Assembly: GCA_026770705.1 (NCBI GenBank)
Contig: JANJGN010000010.1
Location: 40,238,001-40,302,000 of the forward strand
Length of the DNA stretch: 64,000 nt
Direction of reading: 5' to 3'
Source of the DNA: Isurus oxyrinchus
Lineage: Eukaryota
Positions 39,656 to 52,478 of this stretch are shown here, one piece after another (position 1 is the stretch's first letter; every line of letters starts with the position of its first letter). A program made the translations under genes and the position numbers. The notes beneath the pieces were generated by a model, which was given only the letters and a program-made list of their open reading frames with translations, was not told the origin of the DNA and did not search any database.

Positions 39656-41504
39656 TGACCTGCTATTTCCCACTAGCAAGCAGCCTGCCGCCATTGTCGC
39701 ACAAGCGGCAGATAGTCAGTTAGGCCAATCAAGGGGCAGGCCATTCTGCTGACACCAACTGAAATTTTTCAATTGGCATACAGGTGCACCCTGCTGAGCC
39801 TGAAACACAGCTGAGGAATGCCAGTGATCACCCAAACTCTATCCAGCTAGGAAATCACCATGCCTTGTACCTGCCATATCCATTGGGATCCACAAACAAA
39901 AGTCCAATTCTATAATTGCCAGCTGAACCGGTAATTTTAAATGGAATACTTTGCATATGGACTTTGAGAGTGTTTTTTATATAGGATTTATCTCTTCTAT
40001 ATTAATCTAAGTTAGTTACTTTTCATACAAAATTCAATAATTCTAAAAACATATCAAAAGCATTTTCTCATTATCTGTTCTACTTTAACTCTTCTTCCCC
40101 AGTTCCTGATTTTTCCTTATCTTTCTCTCCTCTTTCCCTTCCTCCACTATTCCTTCATACTCTCCTTGTCCTGTTCTAAGTCTGTTTCTGCTGAATTCTG
40201 CAGTTGTGTTACATTTCCGTGTGCAATGCCAGTGACATTTCCATTATTCCAACATTCTTCTGTTTTAGTTTGTACTGGAGGATGACAGTGCACCATGAAT
40301 CAATTGGATACACCATGTCTTCCACAATATTGAAACAATTTTTTTTAATATATTAAACACTTCTGTTGTCTAACTATACAGTTTGGGCTTTAATTTTATT
40401 TAATTGCTCAGTGATAATTATGATCTCTTCAAAAGTATGAAATGTGCTACTTTTGGTGCACTTATACTGCAAAACTGATTGACATTTTTCACTATATTGT
40501 TGGACCAACTCAAAAATATACTGAGTTTTGCTGGAATTGTTTTTCCTCTGAATTGTACTTCTTTATTAATTATTTATTTTTGGTACTATTAGAAAGGAAG
40601 TCTTTCAATTATATGACATTTTTTTATGACCTCAGTATGTCCAAAGGTGCTTTACAGTAAATGAAGTATTTTCAAATTCTAGTCTCTGTTGACATGTTTG
40701 AAATACAACATCTAATTTATTCACAGCAAGTTTCCACAAACAGCAAATGTAATAACGATCACAAAATTTATGTTTTTTTTAAGTAATGGTGGTTAAGGAA
40801 TAAACATTGGCCACAATTTCAAGTCTCTGGAGTACTACTTGAAACCTCGGCCTCTGCTGTGGAGGTAGGAATGCTACCATTGAGCCACAGCTGGCTTATA
40901 TGCATTTCATTCAAATAATGTTGAAGAATTTAAAACCACATTGTTGAAACAAAGCAGGCTGTAATGAAAAGAAAAATAGGCTCAAATGCCAAATGTATGG
41001 CTCCTTCAAATATAACTGGAGGATTGAGCTTTTGAAAGAATTAATACAACAACAGAGACTGTCCCTGAATCATTGTGGCTACGCCAATGATTAAAGGTTC
41101 ACTCACTCCACCAGCAGTACACAGTGACCGCATTCTTTGCTTTCTATAGAATGAACCGCAGTAACTCGCAAAGATTTCGACAGTACTGTCCAAACCCACA
41201 AATTTGCACCTCCATGTTCCGCTCTCAAATCACAAATCATTATAATTTAATTGGATATTATTCTGTTACTTCATCGTCATCAGCCAAAAAGTCTATAGCA
41301 CCCTAACTAAGAGCATAGTGGGAGTACCATCATCAGACAGACTTCAAGGGTTGAAGATGAAGGTTCATCAGCATCTTTACAGGGTATCGAGGGATGGGCA
41401 ATAAATGATGGCCTTGATAGCAGCTCCCACTGCCTAAGAATGAACTAAAGAAAAAACTAATAACAGGTTATTTCATTTATTTATAAGATTAAAAAGTGTC
41501 TTAC

Positions 41505-41609
41505 CTTTTGACTGCCTTCTCCAAATGAAAATTCCACAGCCAAGTGTTATACATAATAATACCGTAACACAGATTATAGCTGAAATTACAGGTGAATGAT
41601 TCCCAGGTT
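41505..41609 (-). CDS. NCR3LG1: B7-H6-like gene, transmembrane exon (EPGNHSPVISAIICVTVLLCITLGCGIFIWRRQSK)
   Basis: 105 nt, acceptor ctttacag and donor AAG|gtaaga, phase 1-1; hydrophobic helix followed by a basic stop-transfer WRR. Confidence 0.88.
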
Positions 41610-41699
41610 CTGTAAAGTTTAAGAATATAAAAACAAATAGGTATTTAAATTATTCAAAGCATAAGGAGAACTGATAATGATCCATGATGTTTAACGAAG

Positions 41700-43075
41700 C
41701 ATTCATGCAGATTTGGTGTTAACACTCAGTTCCTCAGAACGATAGCGAGAGCTTAGAAAACAATTAGAATAAAGACAAAAAATAAAATGTAAATACTGCA
41801 AATGATTACTTCCTTCAAGTATTCATAAAGGAAGACAGGAGCAATGTGCATTCACCAAAGAAAGATACTCCAAGTAAAATCAGTTACATAGATATAAGTG
41901 AGATGAAAGTCTTAGAAATGTTAAAAGTGCTTAAAGCAAATAAGTCAAAAGGAATAGATAATGTTTATCTCAGCAGATTTGTGAGACAATAATAAATATC
42001 ATGAAACAGTCCATGAAATTACAGAGGCTGCCAGAATATTGAAACAGAATAATATGGCACCAATAACCAAAAAGAGTGACAAAACAATAACAGGTAACTG
42101 CAGGCCCATCAATCTCACTTTAATTGTGTGTAAAATGATGGAATTGACCATTAGGAGCAAACCTGAGGATTTTCCATACCATATTAACCTAATAATCAGT
42201 TAACATGCTACATATAGGAAGGAAAAATAAACATAAGTGTCCCTCCATCACTGATGAACAGTAGCAGCAGTGTGTACCATCTACAAGATGCACTGCAGGA
42301 ACACATCAAGGCTCTTTAGACAGCACCTCCCAAACCCACGACCACTACCATCTAAAAGGACATGGGCAGCAGATACATGGGAACACCACCACCTGGAAGT
42401 TCCTCTCCAAGACACTCCATCCTGACTTGGAAATATATTGCCATTCCTTCACTGTCACTGGGCCAAAATCCTGGAACTCCTTTCCTAACAGCACTGCGGC
42501 TACACCACATGGACTACAGTGGTTCACCACCACATTCTCAAGGGCAAATACGGATATGTAATAAATGCTGGCCTAGCCAGCAAAGCCCACATCCCATGAA
42601 TGAATAAAAAAAATTGAATAATGTTGCAATAGTTAAGGATGAAGCCAAAAGAGAGCAAGGGGTCTGAGTGGACTCAATACTGAACAAGACCAGCAAATGC
42701 AGAGCAGAAATCAACAAAGACCATATGTGTTGAATTACACAGCCAAAACAGCTGAGCACAGATTTAAGTAAGTAATAATGAAATTTTACAGTGCTCTGAT
42801 CAGATCACACTATCACCATCCTGCAGTCAGTACAAAGAAGTGCTATAGGATGATCCCTTAGTGCCAGAAATTTGAATTATCTCAAAAAAAATTGTGTTTT
42901 TTAAGCTACAAAGGGAGTGTTTAAATAGCCCCCTTACAGAAGTAGATAAACTTGACAAGGAGATAAAATCCCTAGGATCATATACAAAATCATGGGATCT
43001 ACTGCGGGATGCAGTGGGATCTCAATAGCTTGATGAATTAAGATAAGTGGAATGACCAGCCTATTGGTATCTGAA
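41700..43075 (+). mobile_element. Old CR1 fragment with a nested LINE 3' end (42240-42612)
   Basis: Decayed GNxRPISLTxxxCKxME motif at ~42090; younger LINE tail ending atgaatgaataaaaaa. Confidence 0.6.
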
Positions 43076-43361
43076 AATTTCATTGGGGTCTTACAATCGC
43101 CCCAGCTCAATGTTTACATAAGCTTCCTCTGGTTTTGCTCATTTCAAGGCCCACGTACAATTGCATTGGGTGGGCATCTGATGGTCAATTTTCAATTGCT
43201 GGTCACCTCATTTTCCATCATAGCCAGGAGTGATAGCAAATGACAATTAACCCCACTGCTTTTAAGGTTATGTTAAGTCTTTTTGTAATGTGTTGCATTT
43301 GGTAAGTCTAATGATACAATCTTCAATGTAATTTGCAGGAACAGGAAGGCTAGATATTAAA

Positions 43362-43605
43362 ACAAAAACAGAATTACCTGGAAAAACTCAGCAGGTCTGG
43401 CAGCATCGGCGGAGAAGAAAAGAGTTGACGTTTCGAGTCCTCATGACCCTTCGACCGAACTTCTGTCGAAGGGTCATGAGGACTCAAAACGTCAACTCTT
43501 TTCTTCTCCGCCGATGCTGCCAGACCTGCTGAGTTTTTCCAGGTAATTCTGTTTTTGTTTTTGTTTTGGATTTCCAGCATCCGCAGTTTTTTTGTTTTTA
43601 TATTT
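43362..43605. mobile_element. Palindromic pair of Penelope-like terminal fragments with a 15-bp TSD
   Basis: ~100-bp inverted arms matching the termini of the 48-56 kb element; aggctagatattaaa at 43347-43361 and 43606-43620. Confidence 0.88.
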
Positions 43606-43726
43606 AGGCTAGATATTAAATTGTGTGATGGCCTTTGACCTGGAAGCAGTAACAGTAAGGAAAATGTCTAATTATTAAAATGTCTGGGAAATTTGTAATT
43701 GTCTTAGAAGTGTTAGAAATTGTTTA

Positions 43727-44445
43727 GGGGAAAATTTATGAGCAGTATTCTCCTGTCGGTGAGCAGGGGTGGGGCCTGCTCGTCAATGAGTAAAATGACG
43801 CACGGTGACGTTGGGAGTGCGTCCCAACATCACCGCGCATCATATAGATTGTCAGTTCGGCAGGTGCGCAGCCGCGTTGACTGCCCGCCCACAGAAATGT
43901 CAAAGGCCCATTAAGGCCATTAACAAAGTAATTAATGCTGTTAAGAATGCTGCCTGTCCAAACCTAGGGTTGGTGGGCAGGCAAACAGCCCAGGCGGCCT
44001 TCGCATTTTTCACGAAACCTCATCCACGGGCAGGATGAGGTTTCATGAAGGGTTTATTAATTTAATAAAAATGTTTGAAAAAAGTAATGGACATATCCCA
44101 GCTCATGTGACAGTTTCACATGAGGGTACATGTGTTAAAAAATTTTTTCAACTTTATTAAATTTTCCTGAAGCTCAACTAATCTCTCTGAGGCACCTCTA
44201 TGCCTCAGGGAGATTGCTGCACTCTTTCACACGCATGTGCGAAAGAACGCAGGCCCCGACTCAGGGAATACCACCCTCCCCCCACGCTCACACAGGGAGC
44301 ACAGAGCGCTTCTGGGTGTGTGTCACGCTGGACCGGCCTTAATTGACCCACCCAAGTAAAATGGCGGCATGCACCTGACCAGCACCCGCGCTCGCTCCCT
44401 CCCACCCGTGCACAAATGTCCCTGACGGGGGGAAAATTCTTCCCT
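43727..44445. mobile_element. MITE, same family as 63000-63690 in the opposite orientation
   Basis: Termini GGGGAAAATTT ... AAAATTCTTCCC; internal reverse-complement similarity to 63000-63690. Confidence 0.75.
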
Positions 44446-44689
44446 ATAATTACTTTAAAATGCCTAAAATGCAGTAATTGATTTAAAAATGGTTGACTTC
44501 TTTCAATTTCAGATTGTATGTTTGCTGTTCACAATGTAGTCTTTACACTGGGGAGGCCAAACACACATTGGGGACTACTTTTTGGAACATCTCTGTTTTG
44601 CCCATCAATGGCAACAGCATTGTATTCATTTACTATCTGGAAACTCACATACACCCCTTACTCTACCATTATTGTCAATGAGGAATGTA

Positions 44690-46435
44690 GGAGATCAGGC
44701 ATACCTAAAAATGAGGTACCAACATGGGGAAGCTACAACACAAGACTGCAAGCATGCTAAACAATGGAAACAGCAGAACTAAGTGATCCCACAACCAAAA
44801 GGTCAGTTCAATGCCCTGCAGTCTTACCACAACTAGTTGCAAATGGTGGTGGACAAGTACTAATGGGATAAGGAGTGCCATGACCCATTCTCAATGATGG
44901 ATGAGCAAAGCACCTTATTGCAAAAGACAAGGCTGAAGCATTGCAACCATTTTCAACCAAAAGTCCTAAGTGGATGATCCATCTTGGCTTCCTCCCCCAT
45001 CATCACAGATACCAGTTTTCAGTTAATCCGATTCACTCCTTGTGATATGAAGAAGAGGCTGAGCACCCTGGACACAACAAAGTTTGTGGGTTCCAACAAC
45101 ATCCTTCCTGTAGTCCTGAAGATTTGCGCTCCAGAACTAACCAACTCACTTAGCCAAACTGTTCTAATACAGCCACACACCAGAAAGTACCTGATAATAT
45201 GCAAAATTGCCCAGGTATGTCCTGCCTACAGAAAGGACATACCGAATCCAGCCAGTAAGCTTCCCATCAGTCTAATCTCAATCATCAGAAAAATAATGGA
45301 AGAAGCTGTCAACTGTGTAAACTAGAGACACTTACTTATCAATAACCCACTCATCGATGCTCAGTTTAGGTTCCACTATGATCATTTAGCTCCTGACCTC
45401 ATAATAGCATTGGTCCAAGCATGGACAAAAGAGGTGAATTCCAGAAGTAAAATGAGAGATGACCTGCCCATGACATGAAGACAGCATTTGACTGTGCTGT
45501 GGCATCAAGGACCCCTCAAACAATTGAAGTCAATGAGAATCGAGGGTAAACTTTTCACTGGCAGAAAGGAAAATTGTTGTGGTTGTTGGAGGAAAATCAT
45601 CTCAGCCCCATGACATTGATGCAGGAGTTCCTGCAGGCAGTGCCCTATGCCCAACCATCTTCAGCTGCTTCATCGATGATCTTCCCCCCATTATAAGATC
45701 AGAAAAAAAAGTGTCAATGACTATATAAGATTCAGCTCCATTCATAACTCCTCTGATAATGAAGCAGTCCATGTCAGCATGAAGCAAGAACTGGACACCT
45801 TAAGGCTTGGGCTGATAAGTGGCAAGTAACAATTGTGCCACACAATTGCCAGGTAATAACCAACTCCAACAAGAGAGAATCTAACCATCACTATTCTGTG
45901 CCAAGTAACTCACCTCCTGACATCCCAAATCCTTGTAAAAGGCACAAATCATGAGTGCAATGGAATACTCCCACTTTCCTGGATGAGTGCAGCTCCAACA
46001 ACACTCAAAAAGCTCAACCCCATCCAGGACAAAACAGCCCACTTGATTGGCACCCCACCCACCACCTGAAACCTTCACTCCCTCCAACCCGATGCACAAT
46101 GGCAGCAGTGTGTGCCATCCAAAAGATGCACTGTAGCATCTCGCCAATGTTTCTTCAGCAACCCCTTCCAAATTGCAACCTCTACCATTAGAACAGAGAC
46201 AACAGACACATGGAAACAATACCACCTGCAAGCTCCTCTCCAAGTCACACACCATCCTGACTTGGAAATATATAATCATCCTTTCACCGTCACAAAGTCT
46301 TAGAGCTCCCCATCTAAGAGCACTGTGAGTGTAGCTGAACTGGATAGACTACAGCAGTTCAAGAGGATGCCCTTCTCAAGGGCAATTCAGGACAGTCACT
46401 AAACAACACCTACTGGCCATGAATTAAAAAAAAGC
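44690..46435 (+). mobile_element. Decayed CR1/L2-group LINE, same family as 33700-35760
   Basis: Same RT-region sequence (gcaggagttcct..ggcagtgcccta..cccaaccatcttcagctgcttcatc) and the same 3' tail. Confidence 0.85.
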
Positions 46436-46739
46436 ATGACCCTGAGTGCAGGAGTGCACCTTCCACTCATCTGTCATTTTAATTTACTGCCACACTTCCA
46501 TTTCCCATCCTTGTTGGTTAATGCACATATTACCATCTAATGTTTTTAATTAATTATTAAAATTTTAAGGGATTAATGCACTACCAATCATTCCTCTTTC
46601 TCATTCCCTAATTTCCCTTTCCTCTCATGCGTCCACCTTAGCCATCCTCCTCCCCTTGCCTTCTCTCACTCACACTTGTCCTCCTCTCCTTCCTTCCACC
46701 CTCCTCTCACACTCACATTTCTTTCATGGTAGAACTCAC

Positions 46740-47060
46740 CTGTTACAGTCAGTACAGATTCTATTGTGAAACCATCAGGAAATGTTGAATGTTTCACTAC
46801 ACATCCGTACTTGTCACCATCATCTTTCACTGTTGGTCGAATCATCAGTTGACTGGAAACATTAAATGTTTTGTCATTATTGTTGGCAAAATGATTTGTA
46901 TAGCTTTCTAATGAAACATTTTCTGTTCTTGACTTTGATATCTTGATCCAGCTGATATCCAACTGCCGAGGATAAAACCCAGCGACGTCACATCTCACAG
47001 AACCCTCTGAACCACTCAGAATCGTAATGGATTGTGTAGACAAGCTAATGTTTGGTCGAG
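46740..47060 (-). CDS. NCR3LG1: B7-H6-like gene, IgC1 exon (ARPNISLSTQ...CDVAGFYPRQLDISW...NNDKTFNVSSQL...DGDKYGCVVKHSTF...VLTVT)
   Basis: 321 nt, acceptor ttctgcacag and donor G|gtgagt, phase 1-1. C1-set motifs CxxxGFYP, W, TFxxxSxL and YxCxVxH. Confidence 0.9.
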
Positions 47061-47951
47061 CTGTGCAGAAAGCAAATGTAAATTTAAGTATAGGTTACAG
47101 AGGTTAATAACACAACAGCAATATGCTGGCAAAATTGTACTGTACAGATAAGGTTTAGATTTTCTGGCTTTGTAGTAACGTAAGATTTGAACCAAATGCC
47201 TTCCTTTCCCTTTCCATGTTTTCACATGGAGCCATTCAAGTTTCAATATAATTTGTGATGCCACCAAGTCATAGAATTTCCAACAAACAAAACAGCTTTT
47301 GGTTTGAAGTGGAACTTCATGAATTGGAATCCGAAATGTTTGTCTTAGTCTTTTCTCAGGCATATATTTTGAAATCAAATACACAGTGTCCTAACCTCAT
47401 CTGGGAACCCCCAAAGTTGATCATTTCGACTTCCTTTTCCCAATAGTAGGTCAGGGCAAATTGAACAGCCTATGCATACCATAAAAGGAAGGAACTCAAT
47501 ATGCTAAATGGAGTTTGTGAGTCCTATCTGTGGATTGAGTGTTCAAGCCCTCAGAAATGTGAGATTCTTTTTTTTAATTCTTCTTAAAAGGAAGCTAATG
47601 GGCAATGCAGAGGGAGCAATTGCTTGAACACAGATCTACGTAACAATGTGTCAGCATGCAGCCTTAGGCCGAATGTGGGGACCTGGGATAGCTCCAAGCT
47701 GGGCATACTTAAATTTTGTGACCCTCCCAATAATCCACAAACAATGGGGTTAATCAGTCCAGGACCCTGACAGGCAAGACTCCTGCAATGCCTTGTAACT
47801 TCAGAGGAAGTGGAGAAGAAATATATGCATAAATAAGCTTTTTGCCATGCTTTTGGCAAAGTTATGGGGCACAGCGGGAGTAACTCTGAGGAAATAATCA
47901 TTACTTATAGACTTACAGATTTTTTGATGTCATTTAACAAAAAAAAATACA

Positions 47952-50900
47952 GAGATAAAAACAAAAAAATGCGGATGCTGGAAATCTAACACAAAATCAG
48001 AATTACCTGGAAAAACTCAGCAGGTCTGGCAGCATCAGCGGAGAAGAAAAGAGTTGACGTTTTGAGTCCTCATGACCCTTCAACAGAACTAGGTGAATAC
48101 CAGGAAGGGTTGAAATATAAGCTGGTTGAAGGTGCGGCGGGTGGGGTGGGGGGGTGGGGGGGTGGGTGGGGGTGGTGAGGGGGTGGTGGTTGGGGGGGGC
48201 GGAGTAGAGAATTGGAGGGGGTGGTGTGATTGTAGGCAAAAGCAGTGATAGAAGCAGATCATCAAAAGATGTCACAGATGGCAGAACAAAAGAACACATA
48301 GGTGTCGAAGTTGGTGATATTATCTAAACGAATGTGCTAATTAAGAATGGATGGTAGGGCACTCAAGGTCTAGCTCTAGTGGGGGTGGGGGGAACATAAA
48401 AGATTTAAAAATATTTAAAAATAATGGAAATAGGAGGGAAAAAAGAAAAATCTATATAATTTATTGGAAAAAAACAAAAGAAGGGGGAAGAAACAGAAGG
48501 GGGGTGGGGATGGAGGAGGGAGGTCAAGACCTAAAGCTGTTGAATTCAATATTCAGTCCAGAAGGCTGTAAAGTGTCTAGTCGGAAGATGAGGTGTTGTT
48601 CCTCCAGTTTGCGTTGGGCTTCACTGGAACAATGCAGCAAGCCAAGGACAGACATGTGGGCAAGACAGCAGGGTGGAGTGTTGAAATGGCAAGCGACAGG
48701 GAGGTTTGGGTCATTCTTGCAGACAGACCGCAGGTGTTCTGCAAAACGGTCGCCCAGTTTACGTTTGGTCGCTCCAATGTAGAGGAGACCACATTGGGAG
48801 CAACGAATGCAGTAGACTAAGTTGGAAGAAATGCAAGTGAAATGTTGCTTCACTTGAAAGGAGTGCTTGGGCCCTTGGACGGTGAGGAAAGAGGAAGTGA
48901 AGGGGCAGGTGTTACATCTTTTGCGTGGGCATGGGGTGGTGCCATAGGTGGGGGTTGGGGAGTAGGGCGTGATGGAGGAGTGGACCAGAGTGTCCCGGAG
49001 GGAACAATCCCTACGGAATGCCAACCGGGGAGGTGAAGGGAAAATGTGTTTGGTAGTGGCATCATGCTGGAGTTGGCGGAAATGGCGGAAGATGATGCTT
49101 TGAATGCGGAGGCTGGTGAGGTGATAAATGATGACAAGGGGGACTCGATCATGTTTCTGGGGGGGAGGAGGAGGCGTGAGGGCGGATGCGCGGGCGATGG
49201 GCCGGACACGTTTCAGGGCCCTGTCAATGACTGTGGGTAAAAAACCTCGGTTGAGGAAGAAGGAGGACATGTCAGAGGAACTGTTTTTGAAGGTAGCATC
49301 ATCAGAGCAGATGCGACGGAGGCAAAGGAACTGAGAGAATGGGATGGAGTCCTTACAGGAAGCGGGGTGTGAGGAGCTGTAGTCAAGGTAGCTGTGGGAG
49401 TCGGTAGGCTTGTAATGCATATTGGTGGACAGTCTATCACAAGAGATTGAGACAGCGAGGTCAAGGAAGGGAAGGGAAGTGTCAGAGATGGACCACGTGA
49501 AAATGATGGAGGGGTGGAGATTGGAAGCAAAATTAATAAATTTTTCCAAGTCCCGACGAGAGCACAAAGCAGCACCAAAGTAATCGATGTACCGGAGAAA
49601 GAGTTCTGGAAGGGGGCCAGAGTAGGACTGGAACAAGGAATGTTCCACATACCCCATAAAGAGACAGGCATAGCTGGGGCCCATGCGGGTACCCATAGCC
49701 ACACCTTTTATTTGGAGGAAGTGAGAGGAGTTGAAGGAGAAATTGTTCAGTGTGAGAACAAGTTCAGCCAGACGGAGGAGAGTAGTGGTGGATGGGGATT
49801 GTTCGGGCCTCTGTTCGAGGAAGAAGCTAAGGGCCCTCAGACCATCCTGCTGGGGGATGGAGGTGTTGAGGGATTGGACGTCCATGGTGAAGAAGAAGCG
49901 GTTGGGGCCAGGGAACTGGAAATTGTTGATGTGACATAAGGTGGCAGAGGGATGTAGGTGGGAAGGGACTGGACAAGGGGAGAGAGAAGGGAGTCAAGAT
50001 AATGAGAGATGAGTTCTGTGGGGCAGGAGCAAGCTGACACGATCGGTCTACCGGGATAGTTCTGTTTCTGGATTTTGGGTAGGAGGTAGAAGCGGGCCGT
50101 CCGAGGTTGGGCAACTATCAGGTTGGAAGCTGTGGGAGGAAGATCCCCAGAGGAGATGAGGTCAGTGACAGTCCTGGAAACAATGGCTTGATGTTCAGTG
50201 GTGGGGTCATGGTCCAGGGAGAAGTAGGAGGAAGTGTCTGTGAGTTGACGCTCAGCCTCCGCAAGGTAGAGGTCAGTGCACCAGACAACAACAGCATCAC
50301 CCTTGTCAGCGGGTTTGATGATGATGTCAGGGTTGGACCTGAGAGAATGGAGTGCAGTAAGTTCAGCGAGAGAGAGATTAGAATGGGTGAGAGGAACAGA
50401 GAAATTGAGATGACTAATGTCGCGCCGACAGTTCTCAATGAAAAGATCAAGAGAAGGTAAGAATCTAGAGGGAGGGGTCCAGGTGGAGGGAGAATATTGG
50501 AGGTGGGTGAAAGGATCCGTTGAACGGGGAGAGGACTCCTGCCCAAAGAAGTGAGCCCGGAGACGAAGACGGCGGAAGAAGAGTTCAGCATCGTGCCAAG
50601 CCCGAAATTCATTAAGGTGAGGGCGTAGGGGTATGAAACTAAGTCCTTTGCTGAGCACTGAATGTTCAGCGTCGGAGAGGGGAAGGTCAGGGGGTATATT
50701 GAATATACGGCTGGGGCTGGGATTGGAAGATGGGGTGGGGACGGAGGGACAGGCAGGGGTGGAGGGTCCTTGATGGGTGTTGGTGTCGATGAGTTGTTGG
50801 AGCTTGCGTTCCTTAGCACTTGAGAGAAAGAGAAAAAGTTTCTTGTTGAGGCGTCGGATGAGCCGAAGAATAAAATGAAACTGGGGGCACGCGCTGTTTT

Positions 50901-52478
50901 GGAAAAGGGTACGGCGGTGCTGCTGGAGGGAGAGGTCGAGTGTGTTCATATTGCGGCGCATGGCACTGAGTGTGGATCTCAGGATGCAATGGGAACAGCA
51001 GTCCGAGAAACGATTTATGTCCCGGAAATACCTGTAATCCTGGGTGGGTTCGAAACATGGGTGGAATTTCAGTTGAAATCCACGTGGGCTAATTCGGAGA
51101 CGGAGACAGTCACTTGGAAAGGAGATATGGCTGTGAAAGCAGGTTTTAGTAAACACCTTGTCAAGCACCAGGAGAGAAATGGAAAGCAATAAAGGTGAAC
51201 AAGGCAAACGAGAGATACGGAAATCTTGTCACAGAGACGAACAGAACTTTTTCAAGGAGGTAGGCCTTTCTTGAAGAGCAGTGGCAGTCAATTAAACACA
51301 GAGATAAAAACAAAAAACTGCGGATGCTGGAAATCTAAAACAAAATCAGAATTACCTGGAAAAAGTCAGCAGGTCTGGCAGCGTCGGCGGAGAAGAAAAG
51401 AGTTGACGTTTCGAGTCCTCATGACCCTTCAACAAATCTAGGTGAATCCCAGGAAGGGTTGAAATATAAGCTGGTTGAAGGTGCGGCGGGGGGGAGTTGG
51501 GTGGAGGGAGAGAAGTGGAGGGGGTGGTGTGGTTGTAGGCAAAAGCAGTAATAGAAGCAGATCATCAAAAGATGTCACAGACGGCAGAACAGAAGAACAC
51601 ATAGGTGTTAAAGTTGGTGATATATATCTAAACGAATGTGCTAATTAAGAATGGATGTAGGGCACTCAAGGTCTAGCTCTAGTGGGGGTGGGGGGAGCAT
51701 AAAAGATTTAAAAATATTTTAAAATAATGGAAATAGGAGGGAAAAAAGAAAAATCTATATAATTTATTGGAAAAAAACAAAAGAAGGGGGAAGAAACAGA
51801 AGGGGGGTGGGGATGGAGGAGGGAGGTCAAGACCTAAAGTTGTTGAATTCAATATTCAGTCCGGAAGGCTGTAAGGTGCCTAGTCGGAAGATGAGGTGTT
51901 GTTCCTCCAGTTTGCGTTGGGCTTCACTGGAACAATGCAGCAAGCCAAGGACAGACATGTGGGCAAGAGAGCAGGGTGGAGTGTTAAAATGGCAAGCAAC
52001 AGGGAGGTTTGGGTCATTCTTGCGGATAGACCGCAGGTGTTCTGCAAAGCAGTCGCCCAGTTTACGTTTGGTCTCTCCAATGTAGAGGAGACCACATTGG
52101 GAGCAACGAATGCAGTAGACTAAGTTGGGGGAAATGCAAATGAAATGTTGCTTTACTTGAAAGGAGTGTTTGGGCCCTTGGACGGTGAGGAGAGAGGAAG
52201 TGAAGGGGCAGGATATACATCTTTTGCATGGGCATGGGGTGGTGCCATGGGGTTGGGGAGTAGGGGGTGATGGAGGTGTGGACCAGGGTGTCCCGGAGGG
52301 AACGATCCCTACGGAATGCCGACAGTGGGGGTGAAGGGAAGATGTGTTTGGTAGTGGCATCATGCTGGAGTTGGCGGAAATGGCGGAGGATGATCCTTTG
52401 AATGCGGAGGCTGGTGGGGTGATAAGTGAGGACAAGGGGGACCCTATCATGTTTCTGGGTGGGAGGAGAAGGCGTGAG
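47952..52478 (-). mobile_element. Penelope-like retroelement (RT + GIY-YIG), near full length, with an upstream partial tandem copy (51300-52478)
   Basis: ORFs 49837-51207 and 48524-49885: KPADKG, PGRPIVS, DVQSL, GVAMGTRMGPSYA, VYCIRCSQCGLLYIG, GLN. One frameshift; RT motif reduced to YIDY. Confidence 0.93.

Noticed and set aside
40150-40280. Candidate terminal exon VQTKTEECW...KESMKE* after the TM exon
   Set aside because: Phase-compatible, but no homology support and only a moderate acceptor; cannot be supported without transcripts
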